The notes below the pieces were generated by a model. That model was given only the letters and a program-made list of their open reading frames with translations, was not told the origin of the DNA and did no database searches. The translations under genes were made by a program, and so were the position numbers. A stretch of 64,000 nucleotides of DNA. Source: an uncultured Phycisphaerales bacterium (GTDB lineage Bacteria; Planctomycetota; Phycisphaerae; Tepidisphaerales; Tepidisphaeraceae). The stretch is taken from contig CAVWLP010000002.1 of assembly GCA_963755915.1 (NCBI GenBank), positions 1,056,001-1,120,000 on the forward strand, in the 5' to 3' direction. Below are positions 41,277-52,463 of this stretch, in pieces (the stretch's first letter is position 1; each line of letters starts with the position of its first letter).

Positions 41277-42398
41277 TCAGTTTGCCTTCATGAACGCGGT
41301 GAGGACTTCTTCATCGACGGGGGTCACCGCGACGTCCTTGATATGGATCGGGTCGCCCGGCTCGTCGGTCGGTTTTGATTCATAAGCGACCTTGCAGACA
41401 TATACCTCGAGCGTTCCCGCGTTTTTTTCCGTCCGCCGGCGCCAAAATTCGGCTTCGTTATCGATGAGATAACGGCCCAGGGCCTCCGTGCCGCTTCCAG
41501 ACAGGCCCAGGATGGCAAGGGTGCACCCCTTCTTGATGCGGCGGTGGGTTGAGACGATGACCAGGCCGCACTCCTGCCTTTTGTCGATCCAGGGGACGCA
41601 GGCCCATTTTCCGTCCGGCGCGAGATAGTGGATGCCGGGCACGAATTTTCCCTCGTCGCCCGGGGGCTTGGTCAGACCACCGAAGCAACTTTCGACGGGG
41701 CGGAGAGGGTTTTGGTAGGCCAGGTAAAATGGGACACATATTCGCTTTCGCTCGTTGACGAAGGGAGTGCAGCCGAAGAGGTCAGCAACGAGCATTTCAA
41801 CCAGCCGGTTAATTCGCTGCGAGCCGATGAAGACCCGGCTGGATTTTTTCAGTTCATCGCTGCTCTGGGCGTATCTCTCCTGAGCGATTTTGTAATCGCG
41901 TTTTAAGCTCTTTTTGATGCTCGACTTATCTTTGGTTCGGGGAGACGACCCCTCGTCCACTTCGAAGGGAAGATAGCGGTTATCGAACGAGAGTTTCTGC
42001 GAACCCCTGATACCCGGTGTGGAGAGCCATCGGATCAGGTTGGACGCCACCGAAGCATCCCGGCGCGAGATCCACGGGATGCAGGCGTTGCCCAGCGACT
42101 GGCGATATTCACCGAGGTAGATGGTTACCGCCCCGGCTTCCGCCACTTTGTCGCGCAGCCCGCTGGCGCCCGTGCCGAAGAGGCCCTGGGGAAGCGTTTC
42201 GGGCGGCACGCTGTTACACACCAGCCAGTCGCAGACGCTGCCCAGCACTTCCAGTGAGGGGTTGCTGTGCTGGTTGTTATATAGCTTGCGTATGGTGTGG
42301 CGGTGAAGTTTCAGGTCGGCGGCGATTTTTTGGATGACGCCGTGATCGTCGAGTTTGTAGTGCTCGAGCAACTCCTGGAGCTTGATTTGAATGTGCAT
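41277..42398 (-). CDS. XRE/Cro-type HTH regulator with large uncharacterised C-terminal domain
   Basis: N-terminal IKLQELL..IAADLKLHRHTIRKLYNN...SLEVL..VC HTH followed by a ~300-aa tail. Confidence 0.75.
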   Translation of the reverse strand: MHIQIKLQELLEHYKLDDHGVIQKIAADLKLHRHTIRKLYNNQHSNPSLEVLGSVCDWLVCNSVPPETLPQGLFGTGASGLRDKVAEAGAVTIYLGEYRQSLGNACIPWISRRDASVASNLIRWLSTPGIRGSQKLSFDNRYLPFEVDEGSSPRTKDKSSIKKSLKRDYKIAQERYAQSSDELKKSSRVFIGSQRINRLVEMLVADLFGCTPFVNERKRICVPFYLAYQNPLRPVESCFGGLTKPPGDEGKFVPGIHYLAPDGKWACVPWIDKRQECGLVIVSTHRRIKKGCTLAILGLSGSGTEALGRYLIDNEAEFWRRRTEKNAGTLEVYVCKVAYESKPTDEPGDPIHIKDVAVTPVDEEVLTAFMKAN

Positions 42399-42981
42399 TT
42401 TCTTTCTCCCGGAAAAATTCTTTTCGTTTTTTTTCGATGGTGTCGAGCCGGTCTCAGTATAGGCCTCGCGCCGATTGGAGCACAATCGCGGGACGATTTT
42501 TCCCCATCGGCGGCCTCCTCCGGGGCGCGCATGCCCCCGGAAGTGCAGAAAAGGCCTTTCTTCAAATGTATACGCTTTGCGCCCGCGGATGGTGATTTGT
42601 GCCGCTTAAGCTACGTTGCGCCCGGAAAAAAACTTAAAAAACCTATTGACTTCGCACGCCGCTAATATTTATTCTTCCCGGCCCTTTTGCTCCGTAATGG
42701 ATCACGGTGCAATTTGTAATGCGGTAACCAGGCAGCAACGGAGTGCACGAGCAACTCTTTTGCGTGCTCGGACCCGCCTCGTGTTCACATCCAAAGACAC
42801 GAGAGGTTCGAAAAGGCGTACGTCCAGGGCACATTATACATGTTTCACGGAATTCCGTGGCGGGAAATGAGGTTTTCGGCGGCAGATTTTTGCCGCCGGC
42901 GCATGATCCGCACCCTGGGCACATCCCGTAGACCCGGCGGAGGTATGAAGCGTCCGCTGCGAACACGGAAGGGAGAAAGTG

Positions 42982-43760
42982 ATGTCCACGTCCAGCTTTT
43001 CCGACTTCGATTCATCGAACCATCCGCAGGGAGGCCCGCGTAAAAAGGGGGATCTGCGACGCCTGAAAAAGAAAATCGACAAGGCGATCCTGACCCACGA
43101 AAAATGGATCGAGGATCTCGAAGACATCGGGTGGAAATTGAAACTGATGGAGGATCAAGGCGCGTCGGAACCGCCCACAAACGGGCCAACCACCGCAGCC
43201 TCGGATCATCCGAATGATCCTCGGCCGATCATTTCTCGGATTTCGATAGATTTTCTGGAGAACGGCAAGGCGCGGGTAAAAATCGACGATCATCGGCCTT
43301 TTGAAGCCCCCAAGTATGAGGCGCAACTCCTTTGTGAGCTTGTAAAAAACGACAGTCTGGACCCGCAGGATCGCGCCTGAGAGACGGCCTGGTGGATTTG
43401 AAGTCGCTGAAAGCACATTTACTCCCTGCGGCGCGAAGCGGCGACCAGGAGTGCAGCGAACGTGCGATGATCCAGAGAATCTGCCGGTTGCGAACGATTC
43501 TCTTGAAGGCGGGCTTTGATGGTCGATTGATCGAGCGGCAGGCCCGATCTTACCGGCTGCGGCTTCGCCGCCAGCCACCCATGCTTTTCGCCCAGATCGG
43601 CCAGCCGCCGATCGAAGGGGCGCAACCGGCGCTGCCGGGGTCCCAAGCCCGGTTCATTGAAAGCCCGGCAAGCCGGCGCGCCAGGGCCGGGCGCCTGGTC
43701 TTTGCGGATTTGGGCATTTTTCTCCGCTTTTTCGTCAGCCGGACATATCCTTTCGGCTGA
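42982..43760 (+). CDS. Hypothetical protein with OmpR-like winged-helix C-terminus (frameshift near 43360)
   Basis: Joined frames read ...EAQLLCEL..DGLVDLKSL...RAMIQRICRLR..L..AG....LIE.Q..SYRL. Confidence 0.55.
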
Positions 43761-43767
43761 CGAAGTA

Positions 43768-45000
43768 ATGCCTATCGGCGATGACCAGCTTCTGCGGGAG
43801 TATGCGCTCACACGCTCGGAAACCGCATTTGCGGAGCTGGCCGCGCGTCATCTCAATTGGGTGCACTCGGCGGCGGCGAGAATGCTCGGCGACTCGCACG
43901 AGGCCCAGGACGTCACCCAGGCCGTTTTTCTGCTGCTCGCCCAGCAGCCGCGCAAGGCCATCGATAAGCCGCTGGCAAGCTGGCTGTTTCAGGTCCTGCG
44001 CTACAACGTGGCCAACGCCCGCCGCGCCCAGGGACGCCGAAAGAAGCATGAGCAGGAGGCCGCAATCATGGGGCCGTTATCTTTCGATCAGGGGGAGGAG
44101 CGGCTTTGGGAACACTTGGCCCCACAGCTCGATGAGCTGATTGCCCGCCTCCGATCGGGGCAGCGAGAGGCACTTCTGATGCGTTTCTATCAAGGCAAGT
44201 CGATGGCGGAAATTGGGGAGTCTCTAAAAATTACGGAAGATGCCGCAAGAAAACGCGTTTCCGGCGCGGTGGACCAGCTCCGAAAGATGTTCCGCGTCCA
44301 GGGCACTGCGGCACCGGCGGCGGCGCTCAGCGCGGTCCTCCTGGCCCAAACCACCAAAACCGCCCCGGCAGCGCTGGGGGCCGCGGTTGCCCAGCTTAGC
44401 ACCTCGCCCCCCGCTTCGATCATCAGCCTCGCGAACATGGTGCGGCGGATGATGCTTCTCAGCAAAATAAAAATCACGGGGCTTATCGTGCTCCTGGCCG
44501 CCCTGATTCCCGCGGCCGCGACGGTTTCCCTCGATTTGGCCATGAAAACGCCCAGCGAGAGTGCATCGCCCCCGCCCTCAATTCCCGCGTCAATCCCCCC
44601 GGTGGCTGCTCCAACAGGTCTGGAAGTTCCATTCCAGCTCGGCTACACGGAGTTTCTTCAGGGCGATGCGATAACCATCACCAGCGTGCGCGGCACCAAC
44701 AGCGCAATCGCTCCGGGAAATATCTACACCGTTACGGGAACCTATGAGCTGAATTCCCAACCACGGGCGATGGTGGCGATCTATACCTCCTCGTTTCCAG
44801 GCCAAAGCCCGGTAAGCTCCGGACCCTTTGGGAATAACAGTGTCACGATCAATGCGGGAAAAGGAACATTCTCGCTGGAATTGCTCATGCGAACCGACGG
44901 ATATCCGCATGTGAGTTTTTATCCGGCGGGTGGAGGATCATCATTCGGGGGCACGTACTTCGGAACCGGAAAATATCTTTATGCCCCAACGGCTCATTAG
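43768..45000 (+). CDS. ECF sigma factor with TM helix and extracytoplasmic C-terminal domain
   Basis: Sigma2 (AFAELAARH..WV..AA.R, AQDVTQAVF) and sigma4 (REALLMRFYQG.S..EIG..L.ITEDAARKRV), then a TM helix and a beta-rich domain. Confidence 0.9.
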   Translation: MPIGDDQLLREYALTRSETAFAELAARHLNWVHSAAARMLGDSHEAQDVTQAVFLLLAQQPRKAIDKPLASWLFQVLRYNVANARRAQGRRKKHEQEAAIMGPLSFDQGEERLWEHLAPQLDELIARLRSGQREALLMRFYQGKSMAEIGESLKITEDAARKRVSGAVDQLRKMFRVQGTAAPAAALSAVLLAQTTKTAPAALGAAVAQLSTSPPASIISLANMVRRMMLLSKIKITGLIVLLAALIPAAATVSLDLAMKTPSESASPPPSIPASIPPVAAPTGLEVPFQLGYTEFLQGDAITITSVRGTNSAIAPGNIYTVTGTYELNSQPRAMVAIYTSSFPGQSPVSSGPFGNNSVTINAGKGTFSLELLMRTDGYPHVSFYPAGGGSSFGGTYFGTGKYLYAPTAH

Positions 45001-45012
45001 CGGAGGTAAACG

Positions 45013-46421
45013 ATGTCACAGCTCAATGTGCGATTCGGAATCTGCCTGGCGCTTCTCATTTTGTGCGCCTCGCTGGCCAGGGCGGATGACGCGGCGTTTC
45101 CCTATCTCGTAAATGCCGCCGAAGGCGCAGGCGTCTTCCGCAGCGGCGATCAGATCGCCCTCACCTCGGTGCGCGGCACCTCCGCCCAGTTTGCCGCCGG
45201 CAACACGTACGAAATTCAGGGCAAATACCGCCTGCTGTCCAATCAGCAGGCGACCCTGAGCGCCGACGTCGTCGCCCCCAACGGCAATGCTCCGACGCTA
45301 ACCGCCCAGCAGTCGATCAACCTGAACCAGGGCTCGGGCGATTTCACGCTCGTTCTTCCCTATGCTTTTGACGGCCGGCCCCGAATTCGCCTCACGACCG
45401 CCGACGCCGGCTCCGACGCCATCGGCTCTGTCCAGCTCATCGCCGGCAAATTCCCCTACTCCATCGATTTCAAGGGCGATGCGCCCCAGTTCAACCCCGG
45501 CGATAATCTCGCCATCTCCGAAATCCGCTGCTCGACCCCGACCATCCGGCCTGGAAGCGTGCTTCAAATCACCGGCATGTTCAATCTCGCTTCCGCCGAC
45601 CAGGCCCGGCTCGCCCCCGTCCTTTCCGACTTCCCCCCGCAAAACCCGCAGAGTCCCGATCAGTTTGTGAATATCCAGCGGGGCCGGGGCAGCTTCGTCC
45701 TGGTTCTGCCTGTCTCCTCCCTCGGCAAACTGCATCTGCTCATTTGGCCCAGCGGCGGCGGCGAAGTGATCGGCAGCCTGACGCTGCGGCTGGGCCGATC
45801 CAAGCTCGGGGCACCCGCCCATCCCACGCCCGCGGCGGCGATCGAATCCCCAAGCTCCAATGTCATCAACCTGAACATGGGCACGAACGTCAGTATCGAC
45901 AGCAACGGATGGGTGCAGGTCCCAAGCGGGCCGCCGCTTCCCAATTTCAATTACAAGGTTCCGTTTCAACTCGGCTGGAGTTATTTCCCCCCGGGCGACG
46001 GCATTAAAATCGCCCAGGTATTTGGCACCAAGCCGACGATCCAGATCGGTGGCATGTACCTCATCCGTGGCACTTACACCCTGAAATCCGCTTCGCAGGC
46101 CCTGCTCGCTACGTGGGTGACAGTTGATAATTATTCCAAATCATGGGCGCGAGTGCCATTCCCCAGCAGTGCTACACCGTGAACGCGGGTACGGCCAATT
46201 ACATCCTCGTCCTCCCCGTGAACCAGCCCGGCTGGCCGCATGTCGCCTTTTACCCCGCGCCCGGCGGCGGCGAGGTTTTCGGCACCCAGTATTTCGGCAC
46301 GGGAGACACCGTGATGCAGTCCCCCGACCCGAACAATCCGCCGGAAGACATCTGCGTGAACAACACGATCTCAATCACGCAAACCATGTCCGCCAGCCCC
46401 ATACCGCCGGCGCGGCATTAG
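45013..46421 (+). CDS. Secreted protein with three copies of a ~115-aa beta domain (frameshift near 46150)
   Basis: Signal peptide; repeats of F..GD.I.I..V.GT......G..Y.I.G.Y.L.S; GGAGG RBS. Confidence 0.75.
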
Positions 46422-47119
46422 TCGGAAAGCGCGAACACCCGGAATTCGCGGATCTGCATGTGGTTCTTCGTCGTGCGGAAGGCGAACCAGCCGGAGGTGT
46501 AAGGCTGCGAATCGTTGAAATCGAAGATGAGCTTTCCATCGTGGTAATATTGGATGGTTGAGCCGTCCGCGATGAGCTGAATGAGCTGCGTCTTGTTCGG
46601 CTGAATCATGTCGGATGGATCGCGCAGGTCAAATCGCGGCAAAAGGGGGCGCTGGACGGGGTCGCCGATGTAGCGGCGAAAACGCGTGGTCGTGTTGCCG
46701 TTGCCGCCGAGACCGACGTAGTAGGTGAGGAGCTGGTTGTAATCCGCAAATTTTCCCGATCGATGCACGGCGAAAATGCTTTGCGGGTTTCGCGAATCGC
46801 GGGCCATCCAGAAGCAGTTGAGATCGCTGACGCGATCATTGGGCCCGCCGGCGGAGATCACCGTGGCTTCGTACTGAATCATCAGCGGGCCGTGGAGAAG
46901 GGACTTGAACCAGACGCTTGCCCCGGCGGGAACGTCGATCTCCATTTTGCCGTTTTGTTCCGTGACGCTGCCGCCGTTTTCCAGTTCGGGGAGCCACTGG
47001 CCGGAGGGGCTGTTGAAATCGTCGCTATAGAGAAGATTGCCCCGGTGGAATTGGGCGGAGGGCGCCGCGCAGGTGCAGCCAAGCAGTGCCGTCATCAGAA
47101 CGAGCCCGAGAATCCGCAT
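46418..47119 (-). CDS. DUF6250-like lipoprotein (ConA-like beta sandwich)
   Basis: Lipobox-like LLGC; LYSDDF, RVSDLNCFWMA, YYVG.GGN.NTTTRFRRY, GWFAFRT. Confidence 0.75.
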   Translation of the reverse strand: MRILGLVLMTALLGCTCAAPSAQFHRGNLLYSDDFNSPSGQWLPELENGGSVTEQNGKMEIDVPAGASVWFKSLLHGPLMIQYEATVISAGGPNDRVSDLNCFWMARDSRNPQSIFAVHRSGKFADYNQLLTYYVGLGGNGNTTTRFRRYIGDPVQRPLLPRFDLRDPSDMIQPNKTQLIQLIADGSTIQYYHDGKLIFDFNDSQPYTSGWFAFRTTKNHMQIREFRVFALSD

Positions 47120-47129
47120 CTAACGTCTT

Positions 47130-48008
47130 TTACTGCCCATCGGAATCTGTTTCCAATTGCTTGAGCACCTGGTCAAACCGCTGCCAACCGCTGGCGCCCA
47201 GGCCGCCCTGGGCTTTGTTCCAATAGCCGTTCAGCAACTGCCAGGTCGCGCTGCTGCGGGTGCTGCAAACATGGCCGTCGGGATAGAGCATGTTAAACAC
47301 CGGCGTACCGGGGTGGCTCGGATCGGTGTGGGCGGTCCACTGGATGCTCTTGAGCTGCTCGACCGCGAGGACAGGCCGGCGGCCGGTGAAATCGGTATAT
47401 CCGGTTTCGGTGGGGTAAACATTGGTCGGTACGGTCCCGCGAATGTCCACAAGCTTGTGGTAGAGCACATCGGGATACAGAATCGCGGGGTTGGTCAGAT
47501 CGGTATGGTGCGGATTGAACATGTATGACACGTAGTAATCGTCGTTTGGGTTGGAAAGAAATGGCTGGGGGTAGGCGGTGAAATTGAAGCCGTTGTCGCG
47601 CTGGGCGGGGCAATAAAAAACCCTGGGGTCCCGGATGTAACTTTGGGAGTAGAGGAGCCCGATGGCATAGGTGGGATGGACAATGGTGGTCCCGTCTATT
47701 GTGGCCACGCCGCCTGGGATGGGGGGGCCACTGTGATCCCAGACATAGAAAGTGTCGCCGTAGTAGCCGTAGTTGGCACTCGCGGAGAGGGGTTGGTCGC
47801 CGTCGAGTCGGATGGGAAGATATCCGGCGTAATCGTTGGAATAGTTGATGGTGGCGGTTCCGATTTGCCGCATATTGCTGGCGCACTGGACTAAGATCGC
47901 CTGCTGGCGGGCGCGGGTGAGGGCGGGGAGCAAAATTCCGACCAAAACGGCGATAATTCCAATAACGACCAAGAGCTCGACCAATGTGAACCCACGATGG
48001 TTTTTCAT
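47130..48008 (-). CDS. Prepilin-type N-methylation domain protein (DUF1559-like, H-X9-DG tail)
   Basis: [45 protein letters not shown]. Confidence 0.9.
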   Translation of the reverse strand: MKNHRGFTLVELLVVIGIIAVLVGILLPALTRARQQAILVQCASNMRQIGTATINYSNDYAGYLPIRLDGDQPLSASANYGYYGDTFYVWDHSGPPIPGGVATIDGTTIVHPTYAIGLLYSQSYIRDPRVFYCPAQRDNGFNFTAYPQPFLSNPNDDYYVSYMFNPHHTDLTNPAILYPDVLYHKLVDIRGTVPTNVYPTETGYTDFTGRRPVLAVEQLKSIQWTAHTDPSHPGTPVFNMLYPDGHVCSTRSSATWQLLNGYWNKAQGGLGASGWQRFDQVLKQLETDSDGQ

Positions 48009-48261
48009 TTTACGTGACTCCTTCGGAGCAAAGCGGCTTTGGTCCCTGTAAATGGGAACCCGATTGCGTACTGATTGAAGTTTCGAGAACCCCGAAAAAC
48101 AGCGGCTCAAACCGCGTTTCGTGACAGTCGCCCGCAACAACAAAAGCAGCGATATCTGAAGCGAAAGCTATACATCTCTAATTACGGTAGGATTTGTAGG
48201 AATAGCCGTCAATCGGATTTTAAAAGTTGTCCAACCAATTGTGCGCCAGAGGCTTATATAT

Positions 48262-50198
48262 TTATGCGGCGACGCTGACGCCGCTGGGGGTCTCGAACAG
48301 ATCGAGGGCGGGGCATGGGCCGTTCATACACCATTGGTCGCGACGAATGATCGAATGAACCGGGGAAATGTTGGTGAGAATCGCCGCGTCGAATTGGAGT
48401 TCTCGGGCGGCCGAGTCATCAATGACGGGGATACCTTGATACCTTCGTCCGGGTTTGGCCAGATTGGCGTCGGCGACGGCGACGATTTGCAGATTCAAAG
48501 CCCGGGCGGCACGCCAGAAGGCATAAATATTTTTGCCGACATCCACAAGGAGAACGCGGTGAAGGTTTCGATCGCGGGCGACGGTCGCCATGCGACATTG
48601 GATTTCGTCGATCATCGCAAACTTCTCAAACGCGCCCTGTGAGATCTCGCGGCGCTTGCCGGGGAGGAGGGATTTGGCGATTCCTTCAACGAGCCCTTGC
48701 CAGAATGCAAAGCGGTGTGGCCAGGGTTTGGTTTGCGCCATCCAGTGATATCGGCGCATCCAGTCGACGGCATAGGCCCGCCGATATTCGCGCGGAAACC
48801 GGCGGGAGACGACCAGGAAATTGTTCCGGGCGTCAAGGCGCGTGGTGCGCGTGGGCTGGCGGGCGCTGGGGGTTTTCAGGTGGGTGACGCGAAGGTCTTC
48901 GAACCGCCCGATGTTCCACCCGGCGTCGAGAAGGCGAAGGGAAAGGTCGTATTCCTCGGCCTGCATGAAAAAATCGTCGGGCAGGCCGCCAGTTTGGATA
49001 AGCGCCTCGCGGCGGAAGCCCGTCCCGCAGCCGATGAATACGGCCGGAAACGCGCTGCATTCGCGCGAGCCATCCGGGAGATGCACGTTGAAGATGGCGG
49101 CGCCCAGCGAAGGATCGCCTCGGAAATGATCGATCATTTTTCCGATCGACGCGGCGTCGGGATAGGAGTCGTCGTCGAGGAAGACGACGTACTGCCCGGT
49201 GGTCATCGCGAGGGCAAGATTTTTGCGCACGCGCCGAGATTCTTCGGGAGGCGTTTGAGCGTTACTTCGGGATATTCATGCTGGACGATTTCGGCGGTTC
49301 CATCCGTGCTGGCGTTATCGACGACGATCGTTTCGGTCGTGAACTGCTGGCTTTGGATGTTTCGTAGCTTGTCGAGCGTATTGAGCAGCGCGGTTTTCCG
49401 ATTGTAGCTTGAGATGAGAAACGAGACCTTCGGCGGCTGTAGCCGCAGGCCATTCAGCGTGCAGGGGCGATTGGGTTCGAAATCATTTCGGAGATGGTTT
49501 TTTTCGGGAAGATTCCACTTTGCAAAGAGCTTTGCGTTGTCTTCCCGGCCGCGGGCGGTGTCCTCGGCCCGGCGATCGTCTTCGTGCTGGTCGTGATCGA
49601 TAAAGCACCCGTGGGCAGGCTCGATTCGCAGGCCGGCATTCCAGGCCTTCAGGGAAAGGTCGGGGTCGGCGGCGTAAAAGTAGAATCGCTCGTCGAAATA
49701 CCCCAGCTTTTCGTAAGTTTCGCGCCGGCCGATCGGGAAATTGGCGTACAGTGTTCCGCGCACGTGGCAGAGGCGAAAGACCCGCCCGTCGTGCGTCGTT
49801 TCGCAGGCGACGTTTCGCTCGCCCGCGAAGCGATGGAACATGGCCAGGAATGCCACGTCCGGCGAAACGGAATCGATCTGCCGAACGGCTTCGTCAAGCG
49901 TCCCGGGCAGCGGCCGCGCATCGTCGTTCAGCCAGATCATGTTACGCCCGGTGGCGGCGCGGAAGCCTTTGTTCGCGGCGCGAACGAACCCTTCCCGCCG
50001 CGTTTCGCGGATGACGATGAGTTGGCCGCCGAAGAGCCTGCCAAATTCATCCAGCACCTGCGGCGTGCCGTCTGTGCTCGCCCCGTCGACGACGATAATT
50101 TCCATCTCGCAGCACACGTCCTCATGCAAACGCTGGAGAAGGTCCCGAAGCATTTCGCAGCGGTTGCAGGTGGGGATGACGATGGAGAGGTCTGTCAT
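48262..50198 (-). CDS. Double-domain GT2 glycosyltransferase (frameshift near 49230)
   Basis: Two GT2 units: SIVIPTCNR..VVDGASTDGT..LNDD and SFLISSYNR..VVDNASTDGT..LDDD. Confidence 0.88.
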
Positions 50199-50199
50199 T

Positions 50200-51333
50200 T
50201 CACGCCGCCTTTTTGGCCGCGAAGCAGCGCACCGCGTAGCCGTAGGCACGGGTAATCGTCTTGAGAAAGTTGTCCGGCGTAAGTTGCCGGACGCGATATC
50301 TGCCCCGGCTGACAAGCGTTTGCCGCAGGCGATCGTCCTCCGCCAGATGGCGCATCGCCCGGGCCATCTCCGGAACGCTGGTCGGGTCGAAGAGAAGCCC
50401 GGCGTTGCCGACCTGCTCCGCCAGGCTCGTCGCGATGGAGCTCGCAACCGGGCAGTCGCAGGCCATCGCTTCCATGATGGGGATGCTCCAGGCTTCGTAT
50501 TCGCTCGGGAAAACCAGTGCCGTAGCCAGGTGATACAGGGCGATAAGGTCTTCCGTGCTGACGCGGCCGAGATGGCGCACGCCGGGAGCGAGCTCGAGCG
50601 ATTCCGAGCCGCCTCCGGTGAGGACCAGCTGCGCCCCGGGAATCCCTGCCAGCGTGAACGCTTCGATCAGCCGGCGATGATTCTTATGCGGCCAAACCGC
50701 GGCGGGATAGAGGAAAAAAGTCGGCGGGAGCTCAAATCGCCCACGGATTTCCTCCAAATTATTCGGCCACCCGAAAAAGGCAGACTCGAAAATATCCGGG
50801 GTCACAAAAATCTTTGACGCCTCAACGTCGAGCTGTTCGCACAAGTCGTCGCGGATGAAATTGCTGCCGGCGATCAGTGCATCCGCCCGCCGGCCGGACG
50901 CAACCCACCATTTTTCCCGGCCGGCAATTTCTTCCGCCGAGAAATATTGCGGGAAGCGGCGATGCTGGAGATCGTGAAGATTCAGCACCACCGGCAGGTC
51001 CAGATCGATCGGATTGATCGTGTTACCGGGGAAATGAACCACATCGACGCCGCGGCAATGCAGCGCCTCGGCCTTCCGCCGCTGAAAATCGCCCAGGGCG
51101 GTTTGATCGCCGGATGGTGACCACGCGCCAATCGGCCTCTCGATCAGCACCAATTCGGTCTTCGCATCGCCAAATCGCTCGAAAACCGAGCGGTTTTCCG
51201 CGCGGACGAGAAGAATCAGCTTCTCCGCCGGAGATTGCGGCAGCTTCAGCGCCTCAACCAACCCCAGTGTGTAATTTTCGATTCCCCCAACCTTGCCGGG
51301 CAGAATGCAGTGCGTATCGACGGCGATGATCAT
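50200..51333 (-). CDS. GT4 glycosyltransferase
   Basis: HDLQH, YPA..WPHKNH, FPSEYEAWSIPIMEAMAC. Confidence 0.9.
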   Translation of the reverse strand: MIIAVDTHCILPGKVGGIENYTLGLVEALKLPQSPAEKLILLVRAENRSVFERFGDAKTELVLIERPIGAWSPSGDQTALGDFQRRKAEALHCRGVDVVHFPGNTINPIDLDLPVVLNLHDLQHRRFPQYFSAEEIAGREKWWVASGRRADALIAGSNFIRDDLCEQLDVEASKIFVTPDIFESAFFGWPNNLEEIRGRFELPPTFFLYPAAVWPHKNHRRLIEAFTLAGIPGAQLVLTGGGSESLELAPGVRHLGRVSTEDLIALYHLATALVFPSEYEAWSIPIMEAMACDCPVASSIATSLAEQVGNAGLLFDPTSVPEMARAMRHLAEDDRLRQTLVSRGRYRVRQLTPDNFLKTITRAYGYAVRCFAAKKAA

Positions 51334-51343
51334 GGCAAAGCTC

Positions 51344-52463
51344 TTAAGCCGCGGAGCGCGCCTGCTGCTGCGCCGCGTCCGCAAGTTCGTCGATCACCCG
51401 CTGCTGCTGCGCGGAGGTCATTCCAAAGAAGATCGGCAGGTCCAAAACCTGCGCAAGCCTCTTCGGCGATGGTACACGGGTCCGCGTCGAACTGCTGCAT
51501 GATCGGCTGCGAATAAAGCGGAATCGGATAGCACACGCGCGTTTCGATCCCGCGCTCTTTCAGCCGGGCCGCGACGTAATCGCGATCATTCAGCAGGATC
51601 GGAATCAGAAAATAGCTGCTGACTCCCCCCGGAATGCCCGGGGGCATGGCCAGGCCGATCTGGCGCAGGCTCACTTCATATCGCGCCACCAGTTGGCATC
51701 GCTGCTCCAAGATCGAATCAATCTTACGAAGCTGCGCGATTCCGATGGCAGCCTGGAGCTCTGTCATGCGCGAATTATTGCCAAGCTCGATGTGATAATA
51801 CTTCCGCTTCGGGTCTTCGCCCTGCGAGCGGATCATTCTCATGCGCCGGGCCAGAGCTTCGTCATCCGTGAAAACCATCCCCCCTTCGACGGTCGTCAGG
51901 GTTTTCGCAGCGTGAAAGCTGGCGGTGGAAACCTGCCCATAAGAAAGCGACGGCCGCCCGCGGAACTGAGTGCCGAAGCTTTGCGCGCCGTCGAGAATCA
52001 AGGGGATTTTGTGCCGCTGTGTGAGGCGTTCCAATTCCGTGAAATCGCACGGAAAACCGCCGTAATCCGTGCAGATGATTCCCGCCGTGCGCGGCGTGAT
52101 CGCCGCCGCGGCCATCATCGGGTCGAGCCCAAGGTTCCGTCGGTCGATATCGCAGAAAACCGGCGTCGCCCCCTGCATCGCGACCGAAGAGGCCGTGGCA
52201 ATGTACGAAAACGCCGGGACGATCACCTCGTCTCCCCGCCCAATGCGAAGGCTCTTCAGCGCCACGTCGAGCGCCGAAGTGCCGTTGGTGACGGCGACCG
52301 CGAATTTCCTGCCGGCACGGATCGCCATCGCCTCTTCAAACTGGGCGACGCGCGGCCCGCTGCTCAGCCAGCCGCTGGCCATGCAGGCGATCACTTCCTT
52401 CATTTCTTCATCGTCGATCGCCGGCCGCGCCCAGGGGATGGGCTCGGGGTTGGTTTCCATCAT
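51344..52463 (-). CDS. DegT/DnrJ/EryC1/StrS sugar aminotransferase (frameshift near the 3' end)
   Basis: G.RV..FE, NGTSAL, DGAQS, SFHAAKTLTTVEGG, N.RMTELQAAIG. Confidence 0.92.
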
